A stretch of 64,000 nucleotides of DNA from Eledone cirrhosa. Its lineage: Eukaryota. Positions 41,630 through 54,789 of this stretch are shown piece after piece. The stretch covers positions 224,440,001-224,504,000 of the forward strand of contig OZ024740.1 in the NCBI GenBank assembly GCA_964016885.1. The letters run 5' to 3'. The notes under the pieces were generated by a model. It did not search any database. It saw nothing but the letters and a program-made list of their open reading frames with translations, and was not told the DNA's origin. Position 1 is the first letter of the stretch; each line of letters starts with the position of its first letter. Position numbers and translations under genes: made by a program.

Positions 41630-43067
41630 GTGCTCTTTCGATGTATTTCGGTGCAGACACGAAAAGTGGAACTTGCGAGCCAAGCAGAGGTAGAGGCTGC
41701 TTTGGAGAACATCGGAAGTAACATAGAGTACAAAGCAAGATGCAAACAGTTCGGTATCATCTCGGTACTGTTCAAAACTGAGGCCCTCGCTATTAAGCAC
41801 TCGGTGACCCCCTGCAGAACGGAACGCATTATCATGCATCCGTCCTATATGGGTAAAAGGACAGTGAAGGTACGCATTCCCAGCATCCCACCAGGAATGA
41901 ACATATGGTGGCTGCTGGGATGCGTAATCGAGGAGGGGACAGACACTACCCTCCTGGGCATCAAAAGGACAGAGAGAGAGGACTGGTCCGGAATGGATTT
42001 GGAGATTCTTCTCCAAATGAAACCGGAGGATATGAATAACATCCCGGATTTTGCCCGCCTGCAGGACGGGACAACAATCCAACTAATGATTGACGGAAGA
42101 AGGCCACGCTGCTTCGTCTGCGGGGAAATAACACATCTTCAAGCCTTCTGCCCTCAGCGCAAAAATGCAAGGGGTCGCAAACTTCCTTTGTTGCCAACGC
42201 CAGTGTCAGCACGGAAAGCTGCACCACCACCACCACCAAAAACAACATCAACAAAAACACGGACACCAACATCAAAAGCAGCCGGATCACCACCAACACC
42301 AAAACCAATCCAAGGAGAAAACGAGGAAAGCTCTCCCACTCCCCCACCCAATTATACACATAGACAAAACAATAAACGCACACACAGACACAGAGACACT
42401 CACAGACACAGATACTTTATCTTCCAGCAGTGAAGATGAAGGAAAACCCAAAAGTGCAAAAAAAACAGAGAAAACTCACAAAAAGAAAGCCCCAACAAAA
42501 CACAAAAACACACACAACAAAAAATACAGACACCACTAGCGCAAACACTTCCCCAATAACATCATCACCAACAGCAACATCGACACCACCTCCACAATCC
42601 CCGAAACGCAAACAACCTAAACAAACACAAGTAAAAATAAACACACAAATACCTGAAATCGCAGACACCACACCTACAACAAATATAGACATACCCGAAA
42701 CAACACCACCAAAACCATCGCCACCGCCTTCACCAAAACGAAAACAAATAAAACCACACCAACAAAATGTTAAAAACTTCGTGTTTGTCAGAAGGGCCAA
42801 CGATAAACTGATGGGCCTCTTAGCGCGAAGCGAGGACATTCAAACAGAGGGGGAGATTTTTGAAATGAGCACATTTTGCGTGCCAGAAGATTTGCTTCTG
42901 GTCCGAATGTCACTCAATTCCTTCAAAGAAATTCGAGAGAGCTTTCCTCAAGACGTGGGAACCCCGAATGTGAAACCCACATCAAGACTTTTAAAGTGGT
43001 TCCCGAAATAAACCCCCACCAACCATGGAGGTCGAACCACCCGACCTTCACAAGACCCGGGAGGTAA
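41630..43067 (+). pseudogene. Tx1-like ORF1 (CCHC zinc knuckle, Pro/Thr/Lys-rich linker), frameshifted
   Basis: CFVCGEITHLQAFC is a CX2CX4HX4C knuckle; split over ORFs 41630, 42165/42430 and 42876. Confidence 0.8.
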
Positions 43068-43102
43068 GTAAACCTTCCCTCTCTCTCTCTTAGCTTACCA
43101 AT

Positions 43103-46100
43103 ATGGCCATATTAAGAGTAGGAAGTTTAAATGTTCGCGGCCTGGGGTCACCCTGGAAGCAGGGTCGCCTGCTCAACGACCTCCGGTCGCTGGAAATGGA
43201 TGTGATTGCCGTAAGCGAGACCAGAATTTCCGACACGCGCGCAGGCCGGGAATATGGGGGGGGGGGCAGTGCTGTTTAGGAAAGGACTGGAACTCGAGGT
43301 AAGGTCGATCTTCCGGGACCCGGACGGTAAGTTGGTGGTCTTGGATGTGAGCAGTAGCGAAGGTGGTGCCTTTAGACTGCTGGCCGTCTACGCCCCTACA
43401 GAGGCCGGACGACCTGACTTCTTTAGGCGCCTGGAGAGCTTTCTGGGTACGTCTCACCCTTTACTGTTAGCGGAGGACTGGAATGGCATCTTAGACGCAC
43501 GCTGGGATTGTGTGGGAGTAGCCGATAGGATCGGGGGGGGGGGGGGGGGGGGCAAAAGCCTCAAGCACCTACTCAGCCAGTTCCAACTGTCTGACAGGTA
43601 TCGACTAGATTTCCCCAATGTGCCAGTATGGACATGGACCAACCGAATGGGGTCATCTAGATCGTATATAGACAGGATCTTCATTAGGAAACTAGATAGC
43701 AATAGTGTGGGCTGTCCACTTTTTAAAACGGTCGCCTATTCAGATCACAAATTTGTCATCTGTACGGTCGACCTAAATAAAACGCGTAGGTTAGGACCGG
43801 GTTAGTGGAAGCTGAACATGTCATTTCCGGCACGTAAGGCTTACAGGGACCGAGTCAACAATTTAGTTAAGCAAAAGTTGACAGGGGGATCATCAACAAC
43901 AGATTGTGGGGGGCTCTCAAAAGAGAGATTAGAGTAACTTCGATAGAGTTCAGCAAAGAACTAGCGTTAGAGAAAAATAGAAAGGAGGGGGAGCTGGTAG
44001 ATAAGTTAGACGAGGCTATTTGTAGTGGCATCGCAACTGACGTGCTAGCGGCGAGAATGGCATTAGACCATTTCTTCAATGCCAAACACGAAGGTTGCAT
44101 TGTCAGAGCTAAGGCGCGTGCGCTGAGAAACGAGGGAACTCAAGCTGTTCGATGGGCCCGCGTGGGGGAGACGCAGCGTGGTAATAAAACCACAATTCGG
44201 TCTTTGGCGGACCGAGACGGACACGAGATAAGCGATTCCAAGCCAGCACTTTGTTCGGTTGTTCAGGGAGAGTGGCGAGTCAGAGAGAGTAGCGGATTTC
44301 ATTCCCTTCCTTGACGGCTTGCCGCGCATCTCGACAGTCGACGCTGAGCGCTGCGAAAGGCCGATTACTTCAGCCGAAATTCAGAACGCCCTTGTCGGCT
44401 GCATGAGGCGCAAGTCACCCGGTTTGGATGGCCTGGCCTACGAGCTTTACGTAAATATGCCAGACTTGTTCTCCGAACTCCTCGAAGCACTCTACTGAAA
44501 CTGGCAGCAGAATGGGAGTATTCCCAGTTCTGTGAGCAGGGGAGTGGTGACGCTGATAAGAAAAGACGAGAACAAGAGGGATACATTAGACAACTTCAGG
44601 CCCATAACTCTGCTCAACACAGAGTTTAAGATTTTGGAAAATGTGTTAGCAAAGAGATTGGCGCTTGTCGTCGAGGATTTAGTTGGGGAGGCGCAAACTT
44701 GCGCAATTTCAGCCAGGTCCATACACGACAATCTCCACCTCATGCGATACATCATAGAGAGGGTAGGGTGTAAACCTGGCTTCGGTGGGGCACTGATCAA
44801 TTTAGATCAATCGAAAGCATTCGATAGGGTCGACCATCGGTATCTGGAGTTTTTCCTCAAAGCAGCTGGCTTCGGCCCTGTCTTTAGAAGCTGGATCGTT
44901 GCAATGCACAGCGGCACACGCTCGGTGGTCAAGGTTAATGGCCACTTCTCGGAACCATTTCGGCTCTCCCGATCGGTTCGTCAAGGGTGCCCTCTCTCTT
45001 CCCTTCTGTACGTATTGACTCTCGAGCCTTTACTGCGGCAGATGGAGCTGTTGCAGGGTATCCCGCTCGAACCGGGACGTGGAAAGGCGGTGTCGGCTTA
45101 TGCGGACGACATCACCGTGATGGTGTCGAACACCTCAGAAATCGAGGTGGTCGGCACCTTATTGAAGGAATATGAAAGGTTGACTGGAGCCAAACTTAAC
45201 CCGGAAAAGTAGGTGGGCTTGCAGCTCGGAACCTGGAGAGGCAAGCCCATATCGTCCAACAGCGTCGTGGGGCGCTGGACGGACGGACCGGTAAAGTTGC
45301 TCGGGGTTTGGTTCGGACCAGACCTCCAGGTGGAAAAGAATTGGGACGAGGTAACGAGCAGAGTAGCCAGTCTCACCCAAAAATGGGCTGGGAGGAAGCT
45401 ATCACTGAAAGGTTGCGTGGAGGTGGCGAATGCGCACATCGCGTCCGTCATCTACTACCGCCTAACCGTCGTGCCTTGCCCCTGTCCGCGCCTCGTCAAG
45501 TTGGAACGGCTCCTCTTCAAATTCTTGTGGAGGGGACAAGTTCCGTTGGTGAGGCGGTCATTCTGCTGCCAGCACCCTCTACGCGGAGGGCTGGGCATGC
45601 CGTGGCTAATGATGCGCAGACATGCATTATGGCTGTGACATCTCCAGATATTCTGCCTCAAATGTGAACAGGTGTGGTCGCCGTTTATCAGACGGGCCTT
45701 TCCGCAGCTCATTTCTTTGACTGAGCTGCAGTCCTGGGTGAAGAAGAGACCGAAACTGGGTGACTGGCACCTGGAATGTTGCCAGGCACTCACTGCCCTC
45801 TACCAAGCGGGCAATGCGATCAGTGGTGGGCAAGTGCGATGACGCACTCGGAGAAGCTTTGGGCCTCGACGAAGTCGAACTGACCAGTCTGTACCGGAGG
45901 ACTTTTGAGCCGGGGACGATGGACAATTTCCAGAAATCCCTCGCTTGGCAGTGCTACCGGGGGGCACTGCCGGTTCTGGATAAACTCTACAGGCACGGAA
46001 GTGCTGTCAGACGGACCTGCCCAAGATGCGCACAGAACGACGAAACCGTTCTGCACGCACTTGTCCAATGTCCGTGCATTACTGACTTGTGGAGTTATGT

Positions 46101-46434
46101 TGAACAACTACTGTCGCGTGTGGTACGAATCCGGCTATCGGCCGAGTCCATAGTGAAGATCGAGCCGCCACCTTCCTTAGATAAGGAAGAGCAGGAAATT
46201 TTCCTCTGTCTGGTGGCAGTTGCGAAAGAGATTATATAGTGGACCAGGTTGAAAGGACTAAAGACAGACACTTTTCTCTTCGGCCAATCCCTCATCAACT
46301 TCTTCAAGTTTCACCTGGAAAGGAGGGTGAGGGTGGAGAGAGAAGTGCTGCCCCCCAGTACATTTGCTAAAAGGTGGGTGAATGTGGCGAGAATGGCTCG
46401 TGTGAATGGGCCCACTCTGACCATGCGCCTATAG
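43103..46434 (+). pseudogene. Tx1-like ORF2 (APE endonuclease, RT, C-terminal Cys/His motif), with stops and frameshifts
   Basis: MAILRVGSLNVRGL, VYAP, SYIDRIF, SDH, KSPGLDG, NFRPITLLN, DQSKAFDRV, VRQGCPLS, AYADD and CPRC...ETVLHALVQC. Confidence 0.92.
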
Positions 46435-46754
46435 GCTAGCTAACTTGAGGAGAGGGGTGCTCTCCCTGGGTGCCCTAGAAGCGCAGGGTGGTTCAGGATT
46501 GGTGGGGTACCCGAATCACCCCAGGGTCGTCCACCCCCTATCGGGGAATTTATTTTGTTATATTTATGCATAATTTATTTTATATTTTTATATTTTCATT
46601 GTTAAATTAGTCTTGCCATTGTGCACTTTTACTCGACCTTATTGTAAACCCCACTGTCCCTGTCTTTGTATTGTCCCCTACATGTCGGCCCTTGTGGCTA
46701 ATAAATGAAATCATTATTATTATTATTATTATTATTATCATTATCATCATCAGA

Positions 46755-46945
46755 GGGTGGTGGATTGGCAGTATCGGTAGAGGGTCGGATGCCATGCTTT
46801 GCAGCAAAGAGTTACGTCCCTTTATGGTCTGAGTTCAAATCCTGCCGAGGGTTAAATTTGCCTTTCATCCTTACAGGGTTGATAAAATAAAGTACCAGTA
46901 ATACACTGGGTAATTGCTGGTCTTGTGCCAAAAGTAGAAACAAAT
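46755..46945 (+). mobile_element. ATT-tailed SINE just after the Tx1 tail
   Basis: Full family head, core and tail. Confidence 0.85.
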
Positions 46946-47187
46946 ATTATCATCATTCAATGAAAAATGAAGATGAAAGATACTAGGTAATAGGAACAAA
47001 TCAGAATCAAACTTTAAGGGTGTAGCTAATTACAAAAGAAATGGTTGGTTCTTAACCTTCTAGATGGGTTAATAACCTAAACAATGCAAGTATTTGTTCT
47101 GTTATATATGGCAATTCTCTCAGTAGTGCTTAATTCAGTAGAGAATATTATAGTGACTAACCAACATTTATTCATTATCAGAAAGTA

Positions 47188-47532
47188 ATCTTCTGGCTTA
47201 AACAAAATCTTCAACGTATTAGGATTTGAAGTGGTTTACGAAGAAAGTATAGTCATTGAATATTGAGTAGTAAATTTTGAAAACTCAGTTTTGCTAAATT
47301 GATAGAAACTGTGACACTTATTAGGTTTTGCGAAATTGTCTCTTGGGAAAGGCAGTTATCTTCTGGCTTAAACAAAATCTTCAACGTATTAGTATTTGAA
47401 GTGGTTTACGAAGAAAGTAAAGTCATTGAATATTGAGTAGTAAATTTTCAAAACTCAGTTTTGCTAAATTGATAGAAACTGTGACACTTATTAGGTTTTG
47501 GGAAATTGTCTCTTGGGAAAGGCAGTTATCTT
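47188..47532. repeat. 170-bp tandem duplication (2 near-identical copies)
   Basis: ATCTTCTGGCTTAAACAAAATCTTCAACG at 47188 and 47358. Confidence 0.92.
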
Positions 47533-48856
47533 ATTTATTTGAGTGTATGTATTTGAAAGTAATTAAGGTTTAAAATCAGTTTTGCTAGATAATAGGAAAA
47601 GTTTTCAAAATTTTGATTTTAACTTTTTGTAGTTATGATGACAACCAACTTTGCAATAGCCAATGAGAAAGTATATAATTGATTGCTTAACCTGCTAGAA
47701 ATTGCAGCCAGATCCATCTCAAATCATTCTCCATAATCCTCATCAACATCATTTTACATCTGTTGTCCCTGTTGACATGGATTATAAGGTCTGTCATTCT
47801 TCAAGACAAGACAGGCTAGGAGAACCATTATCTTGTTCATATATTCTCTTCTGGCATGGATTGATTTTACAGTTGGATACCCTTCCTAATGTCAACCCCT
47901 TCATGGAGTGTATTGGGGAATTTAATCTTGATGCCTGCATTATCACTTTACAGAATGTGTTGAGTGCATTATATTGCAGCACCAGCACTACCAATTTACA
48001 GAGTGCACAGGATGCATTTTATAGAAAAGAATATTCACGTTGATCCTTCTTCTGTAAACTGCTATCTCTTCTTTTCATCCTCTTAATCATGTTGCATTGA
48101 ATAAACTGTAATAATATCTTGTGAGTACAGTTCAGTCTTGCAAATTTCAAGACAAACTCACTGGTACTGATGCAGTGCTAAAGTGCACATAGTGCACCCT
48201 TTAAAATGATCAGTGATCAAACAGAATGAATGTTGAGATTCAGCCATAGAACCCAAAGATAGGATATGTGAATCAGGATAAACATATTGGTCAGAAAGAA
48301 AATTAGAAGCATATTTTAAAAGTGATATATATAATACCTATAAAACAAAAGTGACATTAAAATCTAACTAAATAAAGAGAAGTGAGAAACATATGTATAA
48401 GTTATGTGTCTTCCAGTAATTGCTACCAGTACTTATAGGATGGGATTAGACTATCACAAATATGAAACGAATTCATATCTATCATTGCTGTTTATCTTGA
48501 ATAGCCCTGGTCAGCTATAAAATAATCTTGTTACCACAGGAAACATTTGATCAAATCGAATTCTAAGAAGTCGGAAGATAAGTTATGCTGGCTGAATGAC
48601 CTAGAATAATGTTAAAACAATAGATATGTTGTAGAAACATTGTTAAGATCAATAGTATATATTTAGGAAGCTAAATTTCAAGTGTGTTTTCATTAACACT
48701 TTCCTTTGATATCTTATATCAGGAGCATTCATGAGGATAGATATGTGAAAGCTATTAGAGAAATAAAAGTAACCTTTAGCAATTATTGCTTTTCTTTCTT
48801 ACTCTACTGTTTTTAATGGTTCTACATTGTTTTCTAGAAGAATATCTTAATCTTAC

Positions 48857-48905
48857 ATGCGGAAACATTTCACTTGTTACAGTCTGAAAACAGTTGTCTT
48901 TCTCA
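48857..48905 (-). CDS. Putative internal host exon (49 nt; EKDNCFQTVTSEMFPH)
   Basis: Acceptor TTTATTTTTCTCCCCAAAG|, donor CAT|GTAAGA; phase 2 in, phase 0 out; open frame. Confidence 0.5.
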
Positions 48906-49034
48906 CTTTGGGGAGAAAAATAAATGTAGAATACGTTTGAAAATTTTGAAAATATCTTTTATTTCCAGAAGAGTCACCATATCCAATAAAATGTAAATTT
49001 CATATAGTCTTGGTCAAAGAATACATAAAAAAGT

Positions 49035-49530
49035 AATAATTGTTTCTACTTTTGGCACAAGGCCAGCAATTATCCAGTACATTACTGGTACTTTATTTTA
49101 TTGACCCCGTAAGGATGAAAGGCAAAGTGAACTCAGATCATAAAGGGACGTAGTAATAATTGTTTCTACTTTAGGCACAAGGCCAGCAATTACCCAGTGC
49201 ATTACTGGTACTTTATTTTATCGACCCCGTAAGGATGAAAGGCAAAATTAACCTCGGCGGGATTTGAACTCAGATCGTTTAAGGGACGTAACTATGCTGG
49301 AAAGCATGGCGTCCGACTCTCTACCGATACTGCCAATAGTAATAATTGTTTCTACTTTTGGCACAAGGCCAGCAATTATCCCAGTGTATTACTGGTACTT
49401 TATTTTATCGACCTCGTAAGGATGAAAGGCAAAGTTAACCTCGGCGGGATTTGAACTCAGATCATAAAGGGACGTAACTATGCTGGAAAGCATGGCGTCC
49501 GACCCTCTACCGATACTGCCAATCCGCCGA
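49035..49530 (-). mobile_element. Head-to-tail array of three ATT-tailed SINEs (first one internally deleted/truncated)
   Basis: Three repeats, each beginning GTAATAATTGTTTCTACTTT on the plus strand. Confidence 0.9.
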
Positions 49531-50799
49531 TAATAACCACTAATTTGATTTATTGAGAAAACACCAACTACCTCAAAATATATTTTACTGACAAATTTAT
49601 TGACTATAAGAATTGACAATAATTACAAGAGAGTACATTTATTATGAAAATGTCAATATGTATGTAAAGAATTAATAATCAACTATTTCAAATCCCAAAT
49701 AGATTATTTTATTAAAATGAAAATTACAAGTTGGAGAGAAAGACATTTAGTATTCTCTATCACCACAAAGGATAGAAAGAAGAAAAGAAATATTAAGTCA
49801 GTTGATATTATGTATAAATTTTGACACAAATTATAATGTGTTTCCTTAGTTTAATGACTGCTATAACATATTATAAAACTGAGAAAAACTTTATGAGGAT
49901 ATTTAAAAGAATCAGCATAAGAAAAATCCAAATTAAAGGAACAAAGGGAAACTAAAAAGCAATCTAAGCGAACATACTAAAACTTGATTGATTTGAAACA
50001 ATAAAGTTTATGACTTTCAGCATGAATTTCAGAATCAGTTGATTTCCTAAAAGCTTAAAGTTACATAGATTGGGGAGGATAAAATCGGATTTTTACTATA
50101 TATGAACTCAGTATTTTCTATTATATTCCTTTACAGTCATTTAATGCAAATTCCACAATGCTGCAAGATTTAGCCAGATGTACAATAGAATATCAATAAC
50201 TGTACAATTTATATTTCAAAATAAGCTGTCCATTGAGAAGGATAGAGAATGAAGGAAAGAAAGTGAAAAAAATATATAGAAGAAGACTCAACCCAGTACT
50301 AGACTGGTACCATTTTATTGACTTTAAATGGATGAAATGAAAGGCTAAGTTGACCGTGGTGGGATTTGAACTCAGAGAGTTGGAATGAATACTGCAACAC
50401 ATTCAATCTCATATTCTAACAACTCTGCCAATTCGCTGCCTATGCATAAATGCATACATACATACATACATACGAACATGCATGCATTTCTCTAGACTGT
50501 GCATCACCATGAGATATTTTTCTCCACAAAGTTCAATCACTAACAACAGAGTTTAAAGAGCAAACAGATTTTTATAACTCTTTGAAACATACCAAGACAA
50601 CCACAATATTTTTTCTACCTACAGAGAATAATGTTAAATGTGTAAATCATTAAAAGCAAATTTATCAAAATTTTGTATTAATCTAGTTTCCAAATTGCCC
50701 CCCCCCCCCCTCCCCACCAAAGTAAATTTATAAAATATAATTAATATGTCATCTACAGCACTTGTTTTAGCATTAGTAATTATTTTGACTTATCAACCA

Positions 50800-51085
50800 T
50801 TTCTCAGCATCGCTACTTCTCCAAATTGAGATATCACAGCTCTATGGGCATGTGGTTAGAATGTCTCAGGAAAGAATCGCTGGACAGATTTACAGGCAAA
50901 ACCAGCAGGCAAGAGACCCAGTGGTAGATCCCAAGCAAGATGGTTGGATAACATCAATGAGCTTGGCTGGTCACACTTGGGGATCCAGCCAGATCAGTTG
51001 GAGACGGTTGCTTATGAGAGGACCTGCTAGAAGGAGTGTTTGAGGACGATCCTTTCAGGAATAAATGGGTGAACAAGAAGAAGAA
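50800..51085 (+). mobile_element. 3' fragment of a GAA-tailed RTE-type LINE
   Basis: LYGHVVRMSQERIAGQI peptide and degenerate KRP.GR...RW.DNI motif; related to 50-228. Confidence 0.65.
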
Positions 51086-51088
51086 CCT

Positions 51089-51160
<72 letters not shown>

Positions 51161-51298
51161 AAAGTTATATTTAAATTGTTGGGTTAACAACGAGTAAATA
51201 TTTATAACTGTAAATATTTTACTGCCAAATCAACCTCCCAAATGCAAGGTGATTGAAAGGTATGTCGTATCTATTTATTTATAAGACTGTTTATATTG

Positions 51299-51364
51299 TA
51301 TTTTGTCTGAAGAAGGCATAACATATTGTTAATATGATATCCCTGAAATATATATAATGAAATA
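51299..51364 (+). ncRNA. Type I hammerhead ribozyme, family A, intact core
   Basis: Stem I TATTTTGT/ATGAAATA, CTGAAGA (51307-51313), long stem II, GAAA (51345-51348), TATATATA with AUA triplet. Confidence 0.78.
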
Positions 51365-51403
51365 ATATGGTTTTATAAATATAGTTTCCATTTATTTAAT
51401 ATC

Positions 51404-51445
<42 letters not shown>

Positions 51446-51453
<8 letters not shown>

Positions 51454-51794
51454 TAAAATAACAGATTAAAGTTTAAGCAAAGAATCGCTGCTTTCACCCT
51501 TAACGGGATTTTCTGAAACTAACAAAGTCAATCTGTAAACGCAGAACTGGATATTTCAAAAAATGTTGCAACCGGAGGAAGACAGGAAGACGATACTTTG
51601 GTTCATGGTGACGTTTGCTGGCAAAGAACGGGAAAAAACGAATAATACGTCATTAATAGGAGCGGTGAAAAACAATTACGCGCAAAGACAGAACCACGTT
51701 TATGGTATAAAAGAGGTCGTAGACTAATGTTCTCTAAGTGGTGCATAGAGACGTTCTCTGGCAATGAACTTTAATCTGTTATTTTAATAAATAT
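51446..51794. mobile_element. ORF-less element with perfect 28-bp inverted repeats; internal part related to 14620-14900
   Basis: ATATTTATTAAAATAACAGATTAAAGTT (51446-51473) and its reverse complement (51767-51794). Confidence 0.65.
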
Positions 51795-51876
51795 TTGCTC
51801 TTCGGTTCTTATATATTTGATATATATTTTCCTTATCGAGCCCTCTCTGGATTTTAGTCTTCAATTTTATTATTAT

Positions 51877-51913
<37 letters not shown>

Positions 51914-53139
51914 CAAATAGTGAAAACAATGAAATTAAACAAAAAAAAACGGTTAATTCATAGTAAAACTCATTATTTTACGATCATTTCTGTGGGGTAG
52001 TTCCCAGTACGTCAATTCTATTATTGATTTATGTAAAATATATTACAAATTATCATAGTAAGAAAATATACATACGTCGTCTTTACCCGCCGTCTTCAGA
52101 AATAATTGTTTCTACTTTAGGAACAAGGCCAGCAATTACCCAGTGCATTACTGGTGCTTTATTTTATCGACCCCGTAAGGATGAAAGGCAAAGTCAACCT
52201 CGGTGGGATTTGAACTCAGATCGTAAAAGGACGTATAATGAGTTTTGTTTATTGAAGAATACAAAAAAAACATATATGAATAAGTAACGTTTTATAAACA
52301 AGGTTGAGATTGAGCAATAGTAAAAATAGGAAGGGGCAATATAGATCAAGTTGGTAGTAGTATATGAATAAATAAGCAGTCAGGGGATGAGGTATCAAAT
52401 GACTTTTAAGAAAAGAAAGGAAAGTTGCGAGTGTAAAGGAATTTAGACATATTGTATAGAAAAGTGTGGATGGTCAAGGAAGATTAAAGTAGGAGGAAAA
52501 GGGGTGCAGATATCAGTGTGTTATATCCAGTAGAATAGTATAGAACAATCCTAAATATTTGTTATTTCTTTGTTCGAGAGGAATAATTTGTTCTAAAAAA
52601 TAGAACAAGTAGAGGAATATAGATGGAACCAAAGGAAAGTAAAATTTAGATTTTAAAAATAGATAAAATACTATATAGGTAAGAAAATACTAAAGTTTGC
52701 GTAAGTATTGTATTGTGTTAGAGTGGTCAGAAAGAAGTTTTACCTGTAGGGAATTATATTTTCGAATAAGAAATCTCATTAATAATCTGTTTTTGTTTTT
52801 TTTAAAAGGGGTGCTTATCCGTTAAACGTTTTGTTAGATTGTTGAATATAATGTAATATATAGAGCTCATTAATTTAAGTTAATTACTTAAAACAGTTAT
52901 AGGGATGAGATATAGGATTTAATACATGGAATAATTCTAATAGCAGAAAAAAAAAATATATATACACATACATATACATACATATATACATACACACACA
53001 CATACATAAAAACATACATAAACACACACATATATATAGAGAGAGAGACACACACCTATGTATACACATACATACACATATATATATAAACACACACATA
53101 TTTTCTCCTATAACTTTTTCTATATTTGTTCAGTTGTAT

Positions 53140-54640
53140 TTATAATATTTGAATGTCTTTCTAATTTTATGGTTACATGCTATAATTAACTCTTGTCTTT
53201 TATTTAATAGAGTGTCCTTCGATTTAGTAATTTCAAAAAATTCTTAGGAACATAGTCCACATTCGCTTCTATTGCCCTGATTAGAAATGGCTCTCTTGAG
53301 AATCTTCCAAGTCAGGTTATAATTAATATTACTCTTTTTACAATTATTAACTGCTTCTGCTAAAGAAGGGGTATTAGCTAATTTTGTGTTTCGAAAACTG
53401 TGGGTGTGTGCATAAAATCTCGATTTAAACGGATTAGAAGTAGATCCAATATAGGATTGATTAGCATCCTTAGTGGTGATTATACGTTTATATACTATAT
53501 TATTAATTACGCAATTTCCATTTAAGGGGCAATCACTTTTTTACTCTACAATTACAACCGTTTGTACATAGGGTTTCAGATGTGCTAGCTATATTCCCAA
53601 TAATAGTGCTAGTATTTGTATTTACCTTTTTATATGGGAGAGAAGGGTTTGCGGTTGGGTGGTCATGGCCCGAAGTGTTGTTAGTTGGTGAAATTATACT
53701 GGATATAGCGTTTATAGAATCATGGTTGTTTTGGAAGTTATTGGTTAGATTGGGTATGTAATTCATAGACCCTATTAAGGATGAGGAAGATGGTAGTGAG
53801 TTGTAGGCTGATGTATTGTGTTGGTGAGGTGAGTGAGCGGATGTAACAGGTGGATATGTAATAATTGTTTCTACTTTTTGGCACAAAGCCAGCAATTATT
53901 CCAGTGTATTACTGGTACTTTATTTTATCGACCCCGTAAGGATGAAAGGCAATCTTAACCTTGGCGGGATTTGAACTCAGTCCGTAAAGGGACGTAACTT
54001 TTGGTTATGCATTGTTGTATTATTATAGTTAGCTTGTATACATGGAGCTTTTTTACATTTATAGATGTTATATGCACTTATTTTTTGTTGTATATTTCTC
54101 GATGTGGAGTAAGAAAATGTTACTGTATATCTGTTTAAGATTTGATGGTATTTGTGGTTAGGTGGGAAATGTTTATTGAGAATTGTAAACATATTTTTAG
54201 AGATTTGGCCCATAGTTAGCAAGTTAAATGGAGCGTTATACCATGTTACGTTTCTTTTATGGTTTCTAATTGGTTTCCTATTATTATATTGGGTATGTAT
54301 AGAAGTTTGAGGGTAGATTTTGTTATCAGATGATACTATAATATTCTGATTGTTATTATGGGTGTGAGCTAATTGTTTAGTAGATTTTTTAATTGTATTA
54401 GTTTTTATTTATTGCTTTTTGTTTGATTTATAGATGATATTGTGAGTTTCATTAATGGAGCCTTATTGATAGGACCTGGAATTTGGGTATTATTCTTGTT
54501 ATTTACAGTAGTTCGGATATGTTTCTCTGGTTTATTGGATTGTAAGGATGTGGTTTGATTAGGTTGAAGGTTCAATGAAATAGGTAATATATCATTAGGT
54601 TTATTGTGAGAATTAAGATATAAGATGTTATTATTAACTG
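53140..54640 (-). mobile_element. Penelope-like element (linker plus GIY-YIG endonuclease), interrupted by a SINE at 53859-53999
   Basis: KRNVTWYNAPF, LNKHFPPNHKYHQILNRYTVTFSYS, CNCR and CPLNGNCVINNIVYKRII...SYIGSTSNPFKSRFYAHTHSFR. Confidence 0.88.
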
Positions 54641-54789
54641 CTTTATATATATATAGCATCATCATCATCATTATTTAATGTCCATCTTCCACACTAGCTT
54701 GGGAATATATATATATGAATGTATATCATCATCATCATAAGCGTTTCTATGCATGCAAGGATTAAACAGGCTATCCACCAGGTTGCTAT

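Larger units (their letters stand above)
41582..46745 (+). mobile_element. Near full-length Tx1-like (L1 clade) LINE, inactivated
   Basis: Two-ORF layout; 3' UTR with AATAAA then (ATT)n; (ATT)4 directly upstream at 41570-41581. Confidence 0.93.

Noticed and set aside
41582-46745. Active Tx1 element or programmed recoding of its stops
   Set aside because: Multiple mixed TAG/TGA stops, frameshifts in homopolymer G runs and small deletions indicate decay or sequencing error.
49035-49530. CRISPR-like array
   Set aside because: Units are long SINE copies without unique spacers; eukaryotic context and no cas genes.
51970-52025. Minus-strand hammerhead-like motif TTGACGT...GAAATGATCGTA
   Set aside because: Two core mismatches and no stem I; too degenerate to call.
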